This document shows, one piece after another, positions 1-12,651 of a stretch of 51,176 bases of DNA. Each line of letters begins with the position of its first letter. The first letter of the stretch is position 1. The DNA is from Octopus bimaculoides (lineage: Eukaryota). The notes below the pieces were generated by a model that saw only the letters and a program-made list of their open reading frames with translations, was not told where the DNA came from and made no database searches. Where the stretch lies: NCBI RefSeq assembly GCF_001194135.2, contig NC_068983.1:46868724-46919899 (forward strand), read 5' to 3'. Position numbers and translations under genes: made by a program.

Positions 1-103
1 TTCCCGCGATCCCTTTTGATCCAAATTATCCCCCCCCCCCAAAGCTCTACTTTGTAATTTGTCCATTTTCTGTATTTAGCCCTGTGTGGCTATAATAAAA
101 AGA
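1..103 (+). mobile_element. 3' tail of an L1/Tx1-type retroposon, truncated by the window edge
   Basis: ...tttgtccattttctgtatttagccctgtgtggctataataaaaagat resembles the tails at 38330-38391 and 14540-14591, and is followed by microsatellite. Confidence 0.35.
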
Positions 104-377
104 TATATATACACACACATACATATAAATATATATATATATGTGTGTGTGTCTGTGTTTGTGTAAGTATGTGTGTATGTCTGTATGTATGTGGGGATCT
201 GTGATTATATGTGGGGTATTTTATTATCGAATATTGTGGTGCTGATAGTGATGAGGGGGTTAGTTCATGATGTTGATGCTGTGGTTAGCGTATTACCAGT
301 GGTAGCAGTATTTATGGAAATGGTGGTGGTTGCGGTAGCAGTTGGATGTGACAGTAGTATCGGTAATAGTGGTTATG

Positions 378-410
<33 letters not shown>

Positions 411-636
411 AGCAAGGGGTAGTGTTGGTAGGCTTCAATATTTTCGATACATATGTTAAGAATAATAGATTAGAAATAAATCAATATAGATGATAAATAT
501 GCTTGTGGTTGGATGTCTGTGTGTCAGATGTAGTCTGTATTTCTTTATATCTTTTTGTCACCCTCTTTATCATTTTCTTACACTCGCCTCTTCTTATGTA
601 TATATATATATATATAATATATATACACACACACAT

Positions 637-695
<59 letters not shown>

Positions 696-751
696 CACAC
701 ACACACATATATACTTATATAGAATTGTATACACAGGCATATATATATATG

Positions 752-783
<32 letters not shown>

Positions 784-1113
784 CATACACATACACACAC
801 ACACATATACAATACACACCTGCATGCACACAAGCACATACACACATGTGCAAACATGTACACATACATTTATGCACATGTGTTCATATGTATTTCTGAA
901 TACCTGCAGGCATGTCTATGTGGGTGAATAGAAAAAATGTATATAATGCATATAATGTATGTATATGCATACAGGTGTGTTTGTATTCATATATATGTAT
1001 GTATTCAGATGTATTCATCTCTTTTATTTTTTTTCTCTTTCTCTCTCTACATATATATGGAACATCTTTTCCTTTCAACATACATATGACATACATATGA
1101 TCACACACACACA

Positions 1114-1162
<49 letters not shown>

Positions 1163-1324
1163 TTGTACATGTATAGTTGTGCATACATAGTTATGTCCAT
1201 TATATTGTATACAGACCTAATGACATTTATGTCTTCAATATCTTTTGGCATACATAAATACATAGGTTCAACTGTATGCCTGTAATTTTGTGCATCTATC
1301 TATCCATCTATCTATCTATATTTA

Positions 1325-1402
<78 letters not shown>
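104..1402. repeat. Compound microsatellite field: (TA)n, (CA)n, (GTA)n, (TCTA)n
   Basis: Directly visible; accounts for the YI/HT/CV-repeat ORFs in the track. Confidence 0.95.
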
Positions 1403-1406
<4 letters not shown>

Positions 1407-1649
1407 CTGTCTGTTTGTCTACCTACTTACTTACCTTCTCATGTATATTGATTGTTTTTAAGCCATGTTATAATAAAAGCAGTTTTAATATTAAGCTGAA
1501 GAATTACACAATACTTTTTGTAAAGTACATATTTATTATTCTTTTACAAGTAGAGACAGTTCTATGAAAGCTAGCAGACCAAAATTTGGAAGTCACTATC
1601 ACCTTTCTTGTAAAAGTATGTACAACATATATATAGGGTTAAGGGTAAA

Positions 1650-1958
1650 GACGCCATGGGATTGCACCTAGAAAGTTACCATCTGAGGCACAAGTGCCAG
1701 GCAAGGTTTTTTTATGGAAGGCCAGTCACCCATGCATACCAGCCTCCCTTCTCCATGCCATCAATGTTATCCAAGGGAAAGGCAAAGACTGATACAGCTT
1801 GGCATCAGTCACGTTGCAACATATTTCTAAAGATGAGTGAACTGGAGCAACATGAAATAAAGTGTCTTGCTCAAGAGCACAACACACAACCTGGTCCAGG
1901 AATTGAACTCACTACCTCATAACTGTGAACCCGATGCTCTAACCACTGAGCCATGTGC
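1650..1958 (-). mobile_element. tRNA-derived SINE
   Basis: Reverse strand reads gcacatggctcagtggttagagcatcgggttcacagttatgaggtagtgagttcaattcc (A and B boxes). A similar copy lies at about 6380-6680. Confidence 0.65.
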
Positions 1959-1964
1959 CTTAAC

Positions 1965-2001
<37 letters not shown>

Positions 2002-2002
2002 T

Positions 2003-2465
2003 CATCATCATCATCGTTTAACGTCCACCTACCATGCTAGCATGGGTTGGACAATTTGACTGAGGACTGGTGAACCAGATGGCTGCACCGGACTCCAATC
2101 TGATCTGGCAGAGTTTCTACAGCTGGATGCCCTTCCTAACACCAACCACTCCAAGAGTGTAGTGGGTGCTTTTACGTGCCACTGGCACAAGGGCCAGTCA
2201 GGTGGTACTGGCAACGGCCACACTCAGAATTGTGTTTTTGACATGCCACCTGCACAGGAGCCAGTCCAGTGGCACTGGCAATGACCTCGCTCGAATGTTT
2301 TTTTTACATGCCACTGACACAAGTGCCAGTAAGGTGACACTGGTAACAATCACGCTCAAATGGTGCTATTTATGTGCCACTGGCATGGAAGCCAGACAGC
2401 TGCTCAGGCAATGATCACGCTCAGACGGTGCTGTTAGCGCTCCACTGGCACAGGTGCCAGTCATG
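2003..2465 (-). mobile_element. RTE-type retroposon 3' end with (GAT)n tail
   Basis: Reverse complement of the recurrent ...ggaagggcatccagctgtagaaactctgccagatcagattggag...ccatgctagcatgg...cgttaaacgatgatg tail. Confidence 0.8.
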
Positions 2466-2976
2466 TCCATAAATTATCTTTACAATTTTAAAAATTCAGA
2501 AAGAAATGGAAAATACAGGTGACCCAGCAGAGTTTATTGGAAAACAGAGATACACAAATATAAAGCAATATAGTTTTATTAGAAACATCAAAACATTTCC
2601 ATGTGACTCCATTGGTTGCACACAGCATATCGACACGATGTTCAATTTCTGTTATAAAGCTATATTATGGACACCCTATGTATATATTCATACACATTTA
2701 TATCAATACTTATTTTTATGTGTAGTTGTATACAAAACAGCCAAACATTAATTGAAGTATCAGTGAATATGTCTGTGTGGAGTGTAATATTTATTTTTTT
2801 AATAATAAATAAAGAGATAAGTAAATGTATGTGAATACAAATATACAAATACAGATAAATGTGCTAAGTGTATTTTTCTTATTACCATATATAGACATGT
2901 CCTCAAGTATTCAGAAGTGTAGATGATACCTCAGGTCTGCTTAACCAGGGCTTACTTCGGGCTAAACAACAGCAAG

Positions 2977-3132
2977 AGCAACATCATCATCACCATTATC
3001 ATAATTCTCCTCCTTATCATCATCACCTTCATCACCATTATCATCAACATCATCATAATCCTCATCATCATCATCATCACCATTACCGTCATTATCATCA
3101 TCATCATCAACAACATCATCATCCTCATCACA
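2977..3132. repeat. Degenerate (CAT)n expansion at a retroposon tail
   Basis: Long imperfect CAT/CAC/TAT array directly abutting a minus-strand SINE tail (ttaatatccacttgtccatgcttgcatggg). Confidence 0.8.
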
Positions 3133-3296
3133 TTAATATCCACTTGTCCATGCTTGCATGGGTCAAATGAAATTCATTAAGGTAAATTTTCCTGTCACCC
3201 ATCCTCACCTATTTCCCTGTAGTCGGACTCAGTTTTTACGAAAGATTGGAAACAAACAACATTCATTTATACCCACCATCTGATGCCAAGACAAGG

Positions 3297-3332
<36 letters not shown>

Positions 3333-4077
3333 TCACTCACACATACATGCACACATATACACACTCATACACATATGCATAGGTATACATTAGAAGTAAA
3401 CGAGGGTGGCACTCATTTACAACCATTGCATGATGTCAAGATAGGGAGACACAAAGGCTCCCCCTCAATGCCTATACATATATACAATTGTACCTATTTA
3501 CAACAGCCTACTTTCACTTTCTGTTTACCAAATCTACTCACGAGGCTTTGGTTGGTCTGATATTATAGTAAAAGACACTTGTCCAAAGCATCACACGGTG
3601 GGATTGAACTTGAGACCTGGAACTTGGAACCACAACATTTGAAGGCAAATTTCTTTATCAAGCAGCTTACTATATTTGATGGCCTATAAGACACACAAGT
3701 GCATAGGATGCACCCTAGCCTAGGCTATACTTTTGTAAAATAAATTACCACTAAGATAATGTTTTAATTCTTCCACTTACCTGTATAACTTTATGTTATT
3801 ACCAGTAATTTTAAGCAATTTATTGCATCCACATTCGATATAAACTTACCATAGGTGATTTTTCACCAATAGATGGCAGCACACGTTTTGTAAACATACA
3901 TACCATTTTGAGGGGAGGGAGTTTTGAGTCTACATTGAGTGCATTGGACGCAGGGGGATTTTTAAAGCCATTTTTGGGTAAAATGGCGTGTCTTGGAGGC
4001 TGTCAAATACGGTGATTATTTTTAACAGAATGTTTCATTGAATGTTATTAACTGTTTTTTTAAATTTTTTTTTTTAG

Positions 4078-4185
4078 GTCACATGTTCAAATGACTTTTT
4101 GATAAAAGTTTGGAATACCAGAAATGGCACACTGGCAAGCACGATGACTGGTCACATGGCTCCTATTAATGCTGTCAGTTATAGG
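4078..4185 (+). CDS. TEP1: TEP1-like WD40 gene, first visible internal exon (phase 0-0); upstream exons lie outside the window
   Basis: ttttag acceptor, gtaat donor. 108 nt encoding VTCSNDFLIKVWNTRNGTLASTMTGHMAPINAVSYR, with WD40 signatures S.D..IKVW and GH...I.AV. Confidence 0.85.
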
Positions 4186-4277
4186 GTAATATGTCTTTTC
4201 TCTTTTTTCTCTATCTTATATTTGGTTGAGTCATTAGACAGTGGTCATGCTGGGGCACCATCTTGAAAGGTTTAGTT

Positions 4278-4560
4278 CAGGGGTCGCCAAACTTTTTCGA
4301 CCATCAAACACCTTTAGTCACTTCTCCTTCTGTATCGGCCGCTTTTAGCCTTTTGTCCTTCCGTATCGACCCCCTTTGCCACTTCTCCTTCTGCATCAAC
4401 CCCTTTAGCCCCTTGTCTTTCCGCATCGGCCCCCTTTAGCCACTCTATCTTCTGCATCGGCCCCCTTTAACCACTTCTCCTTCCGCATTGACCCCCCACC
4501 AGCCCCTTGTCTTTCCGCAGCGACCACCCTCCTCATATAAAATATATTTATACTCTAACC
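4278..4560 (+). mobile_element. hAT-like MITE fragment with an internal ~30-bp tandem array
   Basis: Starts caggggtcgccaaacttttt, a hAT/Charlie-type TIR. About 8 C/T-rich units follow. No right TIR or TSD was found. Confidence 0.45.
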
Positions 4561-4569
4561 CTACCATAC

Positions 4570-4958
4570 GACCTTCGAACATTGGGCCTCACTGAGGCGA
4601 TGACTTCTGACTGAGACCTTTGGAAATATGTTGTGCGTGAGAAGACCCGGCAAGCCAAGTGAGATCTAAATCCAAGGCCTCTGCCAGCTCACTTATATGT
4701 ACCTTCTTTCATTGGACACTAAACTCCGCTTGCGAAGACCTGTTGAGGCAAGTGAAATCAAAATCGAACTAAATTCGACGACTGGCACCCATGCCAACGT
4801 CGTCTCATTCATTAGACACGAAACTCGGCTTGCAAAGACCTGTTGGGGCAAGCGAAAGCGAAATTGTGATGGCACCTGTGCCCAGCGTCGCCTTCCTGGC
4901 ACTTGTGCCGGTGGCACGTGTAAAGACATTCGAGCGAGATCATTGCCAGTGCCGCTGG
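4570..4958 (+). mobile_element. RTE LINE 3' end (ORF C-terminus plus 3' UTR), running into a gap
   Basis: 4570-4662 translates DLRTLGLTEAMTSD*DLWKYVVREKTRQAK*, a typical RTE C-terminus DL..LGL...DR..W. The UTR joins the same tail family as 2003-2465. Confidence 0.7.
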
Positions 4959-5574
4959 NNNNNNNNNNNNNNNNNNNNNNNNNNNNNNNNNNNNNNNNNN
5001 NNNNNNNNNNNNNNNNNNNNNNNNNNNNNNNNNNNNNNNNNNNNNNNNNNNNNNNNNNNNNNNNNNNNNNNNNNNNNNNNNNNNNNNNNNNNNNNNNNNN
5101 NNNNNNNNNNNNNNNNNNNNNNNNNNNNNNNNNNNNNNNNNNNNNNNNNNNNNNNNNNNNNNNNNNNNNNNNNNNNNNNNNNNNNNNNNNNNNNNNNNNN
5201 NNNNNNNNNNNNNNNNNNNNNNNNNNNNNNNNNNNNNNNNNNNNNNNNNNNNNNNNNNNNNNNNNNNNNNNNNNNNNNNNNNNNNNNNNNNNNNNNNNNN
5301 NNNNNNNNNNNNNNNNNNNNNNNNNNNNNNNNNNNNNNNNNNNNNNNNNNNNNNNNNNNNNNAGACAAATGAAAGAGAATGGCACTCAACATATACAGTA
5401 GCAGTTACATGTATTTTTAATAACAGTTTGACTGATCTCCATATGACTTAAAATTCTGTGGGTACATAGGACACATCCATCTCATCAGATATCAGGAGAG
5501 TGTATATCTATATCTGTATTTATATGTGCCACTCTATCTATGGGTGCATGAAAACATACATGCATATAAGAATA

Positions 5575-5905
5575 TGTAGTTTTTCTAACTCGACAGCTGT
5601 TTCTGGGAGCTTGAAATTATGTAAAAATCTTAATGCTCATAATTAGGTGATGGAATATGCAAATATTCAGCGATACATAGTCAGCGATACATAGTCAGCG
5701 ATACATAGACTGTAGATGGTTGCATAGAGATATTACTGTAAAACCAGCTTCCTTCAACAGGAGGGAAAATTGATAGATAACCAATGCAATCATCTACTGT
5801 TTGCATAGCCAAAACTTTTCGCAAATTCCATCTGCTAATTATGAGCATCACAGTTATTATGTAATTCTGAGCTCCCAGAAACAGCTGTTGAGTTAAAAAA
5901 CTATG
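5575..5905. mobile_element. Fold-back/MITE with ~88-bp imperfect inverted arms
   Basis: Perfect cores: 5593-5611/5870-5888 (19 bp), 5633-5646/5835-5848 (14 bp), 5649-5656/5825-5832 (8 bp). The loop holds 3 x tcagcgatacatag (5667-5708). Confidence 0.7.
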
Positions 5906-6013
5906 TTTTTCTTCAAAGTTTTCTATATTTAAGAATGTATGCATGCACACACCCACACATAAATACAAACATATACTCACACATATACATAAATATAAAC
6001 ATGTATGCATACA

Positions 6014-6047
<34 letters not shown>

Positions 6048-6063
6048 ATTTTCTATTTTACAG

Positions 6064-6211
6064 AAGCAATGTGTTACCTCAGCCTGTTCTGATGGCTCTG
6101 TCAAAATCTGGTCAGATAAAGGATTTGAAGTAACCACCCTCTTTGGCCATAGTAATCGAGTTAATGATTGTGATATGCGATTACAAAATGAAGACGTTGA
6201 TTTAACTGAAG
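6064..6211 (+). CDS. TEP1: TEP1-like exon 2 (phase 0-1)
   Basis: tttacag/gttagt. Encodes KQCVTSACSDGSVKIWSDKGFEVTTLFGHSNRVNDCDMRLQNEDVDLTE, which parallels recalled vertebrate TEP1 VSVSRDGTLKVWDHQGVELTSIPAHS. Confidence 0.88.
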
Positions 6212-6910
6212 GTTAGTTTTTTTTTAAGACAGTTTATTTTCATAAAGTTATAAATTTTTGCACTAGTTAACTCTTTTTATTAGATGAACCCTTTTAAGAT
6301 ACTTCGTTAACACTGATGTCATTGCCTCGTTAGAAAAAATTATCATTACAGATTGTTTAGAAATAAAGTCTTCTAGTTTGAATGAAGTCTGGTATCATAC
6401 ATACATTTATTGTAATGGCAGTCTCTCAAGTTCAAGAAAGACGTTTCAGCAATTTCTTATTGAGCAGCGTTTAGAGATGAGTTGTCTATAGTGATCAAAC
6501 ATTCCCTCCATCAGAGCGACATTACCTGAACAGGTTCATGGTGTGTCACATGTTGTTGAAGTGATTGCAGAATAATGTGAGGTGAGGTGTTTTGCTCAAG
6601 AACACGAGTCACCTGGTCTAGGAATTGAACCTATGATTTTGTGCTCATGAGTACAAAACTCTAACCACTAGGCCATGCATCCTTATGTACATACATCATT
6701 GTTTTCATTTTAATATATATATATATATATANNNNNNNNNNNNNNNNNNNNNNNNNNNNNNNNNNNNNNNNNNNNNNNNNNNNNNNNNNNNNNNNNNNNN
6801 NNNNNNNNNNNNNNNNNNNNNNNNNNNNNNNNNNNNNNNNNNNNNNNNNNNNNNNNNNNNNNNNNNNNNNNNNNNNNNNNNNNNNNNNNNNNNNNNNNNN
6901 NNNNNNNNNN

Positions 6911-7262
6911 GACTCACGGTCATAGGATCGCGGTTTCGATTCCCAGACCAGGCGTTGTGAGTGTTTATTGAGCAAAAACACCTAAAGCTCCATGAGGCTC
7001 CGGCAGGAGGTGGTGGCGAACCCTGCTGTACTCTTTCACCACAACTTTCTCTCACTCTTACTTCCTGTTTCTGTTGTGCCTGTAATTCAAAAGGTCAGCC
7101 TTGTCACACTGTGTCACGCTGAATATTCCTGAGAACTACATTAAGGGTACACGTGTCTGTGGAGTGCTCAGTCACTTGCACGTTAATTTCATGAGCAGGC
7201 TGTTCCGTTGATCGGATCAACTGGAACCCTCGACGTCGTAAGCGACGGAATGCCAACAACAA
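6911..7262 (+). mobile_element. tRNA-derived SINE with a conserved central domain (family C)
   Basis: B box ggtttcgattcc; core ...gccttgtcacactgtgtcacgctgaat...gtgctcag..acttgcacgttaatttca.gagcaggctgttcc recurs at 20152, 27168, 35750 (-) and 51088. Possibly Deu/Nin-related (inference). Confidence 0.75.
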
Positions 7263-7415
7263 TATATATTTGTATATGTAGGTATGTATGTATATATATA
7301 TGTCTATATATCTGTCTCTCTCGCTCTCTCTCTTTCTTTCTTTGTATATACATATATATATTTTATTTTGTAATTGGTCCTTTTTGTATTCGGGAATCAA
7401 TTCCATTTTGATCAG

Positions 7416-7537
7416 CACGAAAAACATGGGCAAATGTTGTAACTAAAAAGAAAACTACCAGTTTGAAAAGGGAGAGATCTGTTACCTTGGCAACATGTAG
7501 TGATGATGGTCTTGTGAACATATGGGAGCCTTTAACT
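7416..7537 (+). CDS. TEP1: TEP1-like exon 3 (phase 1-0)
   Basis: ttttgatcag/gtaagt; an in-frame TGA immediately upstream fixes the acceptor. Encodes (A)RKTWANVVTKKKTTSLKRERSVTLATCSDDGLVNIWEPLT. Confidence 0.82.
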
Positions 7538-8706
7538 GTAAGTGGACATCCATTCCTTTGTGTAGCAGCATTTGTTTCGTTTTATTTTCATTTGTATGTC
7601 TGTTGTAATGCATTTTTAATTAGCATTGTAATCTTTAATTAACTACAGTTGTGTTAATTAAGAAGGAATGTATTTTATTTGCTTGTTTGCAGGTTAGTAA
7701 TTTGTTGTTATTCCAATCAATACATAGCTTGGAATGAATCAATCAACAAAGAGCTAGCATTTGGTGGTAGTATTAAAAAGAATGTCTATGGCAGTACCAC
7801 ACGGTACAGCAGATCCAGCAGTCACTCATGAGCGAGTAAGGTATCATACATACATATATTGTAATGGCAGCCTCTCAAGTTCAAGAAAGACATTTCTGCA
7901 ATTTCTTACTAAAGCATTTTTCTCCCTACGGCCATTTACGATTTTTCTCAGTGATGCAGCAATTATTAAAGCCTATTAAGTCTACCAAATTAAATCTGCC
8001 ACTGAAGAACTCAAAATACAAAGGATTATAGCTACCACCACAAGGCATCCTGTCTGATGCTATAATAATTCTGTCAATCCAATACTCTCAATTAGCATTC
8101 TGCTTTATCCATGTCGAAAGGTTAAAAGGTACTTCAGAGGTTTCTCATTGAATTGACAAGGTCTACATGAAGCTTTTGTATTCATGCCTTCAAACTAATG
8201 AAACACTTATCTCAGCCCTGCCATTTTGTCTCCTGCTTATTCAATAGACTCTCATCCTGTCATCTTGGACAGTAGGCAATCTCTGCCATTCCAAATACAT
8301 TCCATATACTGACAGATTCTTTATTTTCCATTTCACAGTTCTTCTCTTTCATATCTGATAACGCCCTCTGTCCATACATACATTAATACATACATGCATG
8401 CATACATACATACATATATGCATACATATGTACATACATTGCAAGTTTAATGTTAAATTGTTGTTACATATAATGTGTCATAAAAAATGTCTGAGTTCAA
8501 ATTCTGCCGAGTTCAACTTTGCCTTTCATCCTTTCAGGGTCGTTAAATTAAGTACCAGTTGAACACTGGGGTCGATGCAATCGACTCATCCCTTTTTCAA
8601 AACTGCTGCCCTTGTGGAAAAATTTGAAACTATTATTATCACTATGTCTAACCAAAATCATAATTTATATATATGTCTGATTATAACATTTTGCTTTCTT
8701 TCACAG

Positions 8707-8924
8707 CTCAAAGAAAACTTCTGTCTTAAAGGTCACTCTGACCAGGTTCTAGGTGTGTCTTGTACCAATAAAGGTGTAATATGTTCTTGTTCAAAAGATG
8801 GTTCTCTCCGCATTTGGTCAGTTCCTTCTGGTTCTGATAAAGTCACGGATGATAATGACCACGATGGACCAATAACTGGAATCATTTATTCCCCTATTAC
8901 CGATACGGTCATCACATCTAGCAG
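8707..8924 (+). CDS. TEP1: TEP1-like exon 4 (phase 0-2)
   Basis: tttcacag/gtaagt. Encodes LKENFCLKGHSDQVLGVSCTNKGVICSCSKDGSLRIWSVPSGSDKVTDDNDHDGPITGIIYSPITDTVITSS. Confidence 0.9.
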
Positions 8925-9237
8925 GTAAGTCTTAACCAATGAATTCCATATTGACCTTTAGCATGCATTAGATGCGTCATGTTGCTGTACAAGTTTTCTC
9001 CCCTCTCATTGCTACACAATGCACATGTAACTACAAGGGAGAAAACTCATACCCCACCATGATGTGCCAAAGTGTGCTAAAGGTAAATTAAAAAATACAT
9101 TTTTTTGGCATGAGGCTTTAACTGAAATGTGGTGTTGATAGTGTAGTAATGTATTAACACTATGAGCCCCAAGCATGGGGAGATAATCAGTCTCTGTACT
9201 TGAGCTTTAGATTGAAACCCCACATAAAAGTGTACAT

Positions 9238-9640
9238 CATCATTGTTCATCATTATTTTGACATTCACTTTTCTATGCTTATGTGGATTGGAGGGAATTT
9301 GTTGAGGCAGATTTTCTATGGCAACCCTCACTTGTCTCCAAACATGGAAGTTATTTTCCCATAATGAGATACGTTTTTCTCAGAAAACTGGAAATGAACA
9401 ACATTGCTTCTATGATGCTGTTGCTCATTTATAACCATCAAATGATATCAAGACAAAAGTTACACATAAACACACACACAATAAATAACTGTCAGCTGTT
9501 AATAAATATCCCTGCAACAGACTGGGTTCTGTTCAAGGGATGATGTCAGTCTGCTTGCCTTCGAATCTACTACTATGTGAAGAAGTGCATTGTGACCAGT
9601 GGTATTTAACAACATTTGGTCAACAAAGTGATATATGTGT
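9238..9640 (-). mobile_element. SINE with (GAT)n tail (family E)
   Basis: Reverse strand ends ...agaaaatctgcctcaacaaattcc...aaaataatgatgaacaatgatgatg; related to 20510-21129. Confidence 0.55.
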
Positions 9641-10522
9641 GTGTGCGTGTATGTAATTATACAATGGATTTCCTTCAGTTTCTGTCTACCAAATTCACTT
9701 ATGAGATTTTGGTTGACCTGAGACTATAGTAGAAGACACTTAGCCATGCAGTGGGACTGAACCCCAAACCACATGATTGTGAATGAAACAAGCTTCTTAG
9801 CCACACAACCAACCCCAACAATAAGTGATCAAACCATTATTATTGGTTTGATCAACAGTTATGTCCTTATAATTGCTGTCCCCTTGAAACTTTTCCTTTT
9901 CAATTGCCACCAAGTCATCCTCTGCGCACATTTGTTAATTCTTCATCAGAATCTTCCAAAATTTTTACCTTATCTGTTATAAACAACTTGTTCCTTTGCC
10001 TTTTCTTCCTCTGAGTGTCTGAATACAGTAAGCTTCAAATTAAACATATACAACACACACACACACACTCTCTCTCTCTTCGTATATATATATATATATA
10101 TATAAGTGTAAATAAAGATTACAAACCCCATTCAGGGATCACAAAATCCTATGAAAGTACTGGTTAGTTACCTATACAAAGAATGTTGAACATTAACACT
10201 CAACTGCAAGGTAATTTATATAAACTATGGTTTATATATATTTGTTTATTATAATAATAAGATGAGAAAATAGAGAAGTAATTAGCAAATTATTATTTAT
10301 TTGTCAATTTTTTAATTAAGGAATAATAATTTATCAATTGCCTCTCTATTTTCCCATCTTATTATATGTGTGTGTGTGTATAAATGTAATTATTAGAATA
10401 CTCAATTAGAACTGACTTTGAGTAGAACAACAACAACATTCTTCTGTATTAACTTAAATTAGTTTGTTCTTGGATTTCTCAAATACATGTGCTCTATTAA
10501 ATTTTCCTTTATGCCATTTCAG

Positions 10523-10589
10523 GGATGGAACTGTGAAATTTTGGAATGCTTCCAATTTGACTCGCCCAAAGTGCATCACAACTCTTAAG
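10523..10589 (+). CDS. TEP1: TEP1-like exon 5 (phase 2-0)
   Basis: atttcag/gtgagc. Encodes (R)DGTVKFWNASNLTRPKCITTLK, completing the SSRDGTVKFW WD motif begun in exon 4. Confidence 0.88.
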
Positions 10590-11141
10590 GTGAGCAAACA
10601 GCTGAAGTGCTGCTTTCTATTTTCTTCTTTCTTTCTTTTCTTTTCTCTTTAGTACTTACATATAACTGTGTGCTTTATGGAATAATTAATAAGTTCATAT
10701 TAACCTGGTGCTGTTTATCAATAAACCAATAGTGTGATTGATTGATTGATTGATGCAGTGGATAGGCGATAGGTAAAATACCTTGGTGCCACATAAAAAG
10801 CTCCTGTGCCCATGCCATGGCTTCTTTCAGTTTCCTTCTGCCAAATTCACTCACAAGGCCCTAGTTGACCTGGAGCAATAGTAGAAGGCACTTGCAAACG
10901 GTGCCATGGCGTGGGACTGAACCCAGAAACGTGTGGTTGGGAAGCAAGCAAGCTTCTTACCACACAGCCATGCCTGTACCTAGCCAATATATATATATGT
11001 ATATATATATATAGGTAAAGCAAATTTTAGAGGTAATACTTGATAATTGCAAGCACCTGTATATGCCAGATAGTGGCCGAGGTGAAAGAATAAATTAAAA
11101 AGGTAAAATTAAAATTAAATTTTAATTTTACGTTTATAATT

Positions 11142-11220
<79 letters not shown>

Positions 11221-11479
11221 ATAAAGATGGCTATGGTCAGTCTATGGGGCTACCCTGGGTTTCATGTCTATAAAGCGCTTGGATGTGAAACCCAGGGTAA
11301 TCCCATAGACCAGCCACAACCACCTTTATCTAATTACTCTACTGCTCAATAACTTAGAGTGTGTTTCTCTTTTGGATTTATGATTTACTGGTGATGGTTG
11401 GCTAACCATGTATTTTCTTTGTGGTAGCACACCTGTTTCTGTCTTCATTCCTGATCTCTCTCTGGCCAGGTAACCTTGT

Positions 11480-11906
11480 GCTTCCTCTACAGCAAGACAC
11501 CTGTTTCTGTTTCACTATAACCTCTCATCATCCAACACAAGATCACCTCCTCCAATGCCTCCTCCCCTCTTGAAAGTTTTTTTTTTTTGGTCTTGCAAGT
11601 ACTTGGTGACCCTGTCAGTGTAGGTACCACTTAAAAGCACCCAGTCCACACTATAAAGTGGTTGGTGTTAGGAAGGGCATCCAGCTGTAAAAACCTTGCC
11701 AAAACTGACCTCGCCTGTGCTTGTGCCATGTAAAAAGCACTAAGTTCACTCTGCTGAGTGGTTGGTGTTAGGAAGGGCATCCAGCTGTAGAAATCCTGCC
11801 AAAACAGTCACAGAGGTCTGGTGCAGGCTTCTGCCTGGCCAACTCTTGTGAAACTGTCCCACCCATGCTAGCATGGAAGGCAGCTGTTAAACGATGATGA
11901 TGATGA
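11480..11906 (+). mobile_element. RTE-type 3' tail, second subfamily
   Basis: Duplicated gtggttggtgttaggaagggcatccagctgta module and (GAT)n end; homologous to 15842-16239. Confidence 0.7.
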
Positions 11907-12651
11907 TATATATATATATATGCATATGTATATTTATCTATCTTTTTCTCTCTCTTTCCCCCTCTTTCTCTCTCTCTATATATAAATATATATATATATG
12001 GGAGTGTATAAAGAATTATACACAGAGAGGAGACCCATAACAAGACTTCTTACACGCTAAAATGGGCGGTTAAACTCAAACCATGAAATAAATGTGCTCG
12101 CTGGATCCTTATGCATTATGGATTCAAATCAAGCATGCAAGAGGCTTCTTTCAGTTTCCATGTACCAAATGTACTTATAATGCTTTGATGATATAATAGA
12201 ATACACTTGCCCAAGGTGCCACATAATGAGAGTGAACCTGAAATGACATGGTTGGGAATCAGTTTTTTTAATTTTTTGTTTATTTTTTAGTTAAGTTGGA
12301 TTGTCTTTCCTGTTTACAAACCACGCAAAATATCACACAAAACAAGAGCCTGGAACCTGTCTTCAGCTCTGCTTGCCAAGCATTTACGAGGAAAGAAATT
12401 GATAAAAAATATTTTCAAGAAAAATTATTCTGAGAACAAGGTGGGGGTGAGAGTGGGTGGAGGAAAGGGAGACCCCCCCCCACCAAAAAAAAAAAAACAA
12501 GATTAAACGTAAACCCACCACCTTCCTTCCAAAATGGGAATGTTTTATTTTATGGTTTCTGTGTCCTGAATTCTATTTTGACATTGAAGATTGGGTTGCT
12601 GTCAATAACATAATATTCAAGTTTAATTTTGTTGCTTTTTATTGATTTCAG

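Noticed and set aside
173-1567. Many 60-145 aa ORFs rich in YI, HT, CV or I/M runs (also at 2923-3180, 12851-13382, 40538-40940, 43196-43577, 47409-48363)
   Set aside because: They are translations of di-, tri- and tetranucleotide microsatellites, with no splice or domain support.
1551-1615. Possible extra TEP1 exon (RDSSMKASRPKFGSHYHLSCK)
   Set aside because: Weak AAG acceptor, no WD40 continuation, and it ends in phase 1 whereas the next exon starts in phase 0.
4693-5401. Long ORFs spanning N runs (here and at the other large gaps)
   Set aside because: They are open only because N codons contain no stops.
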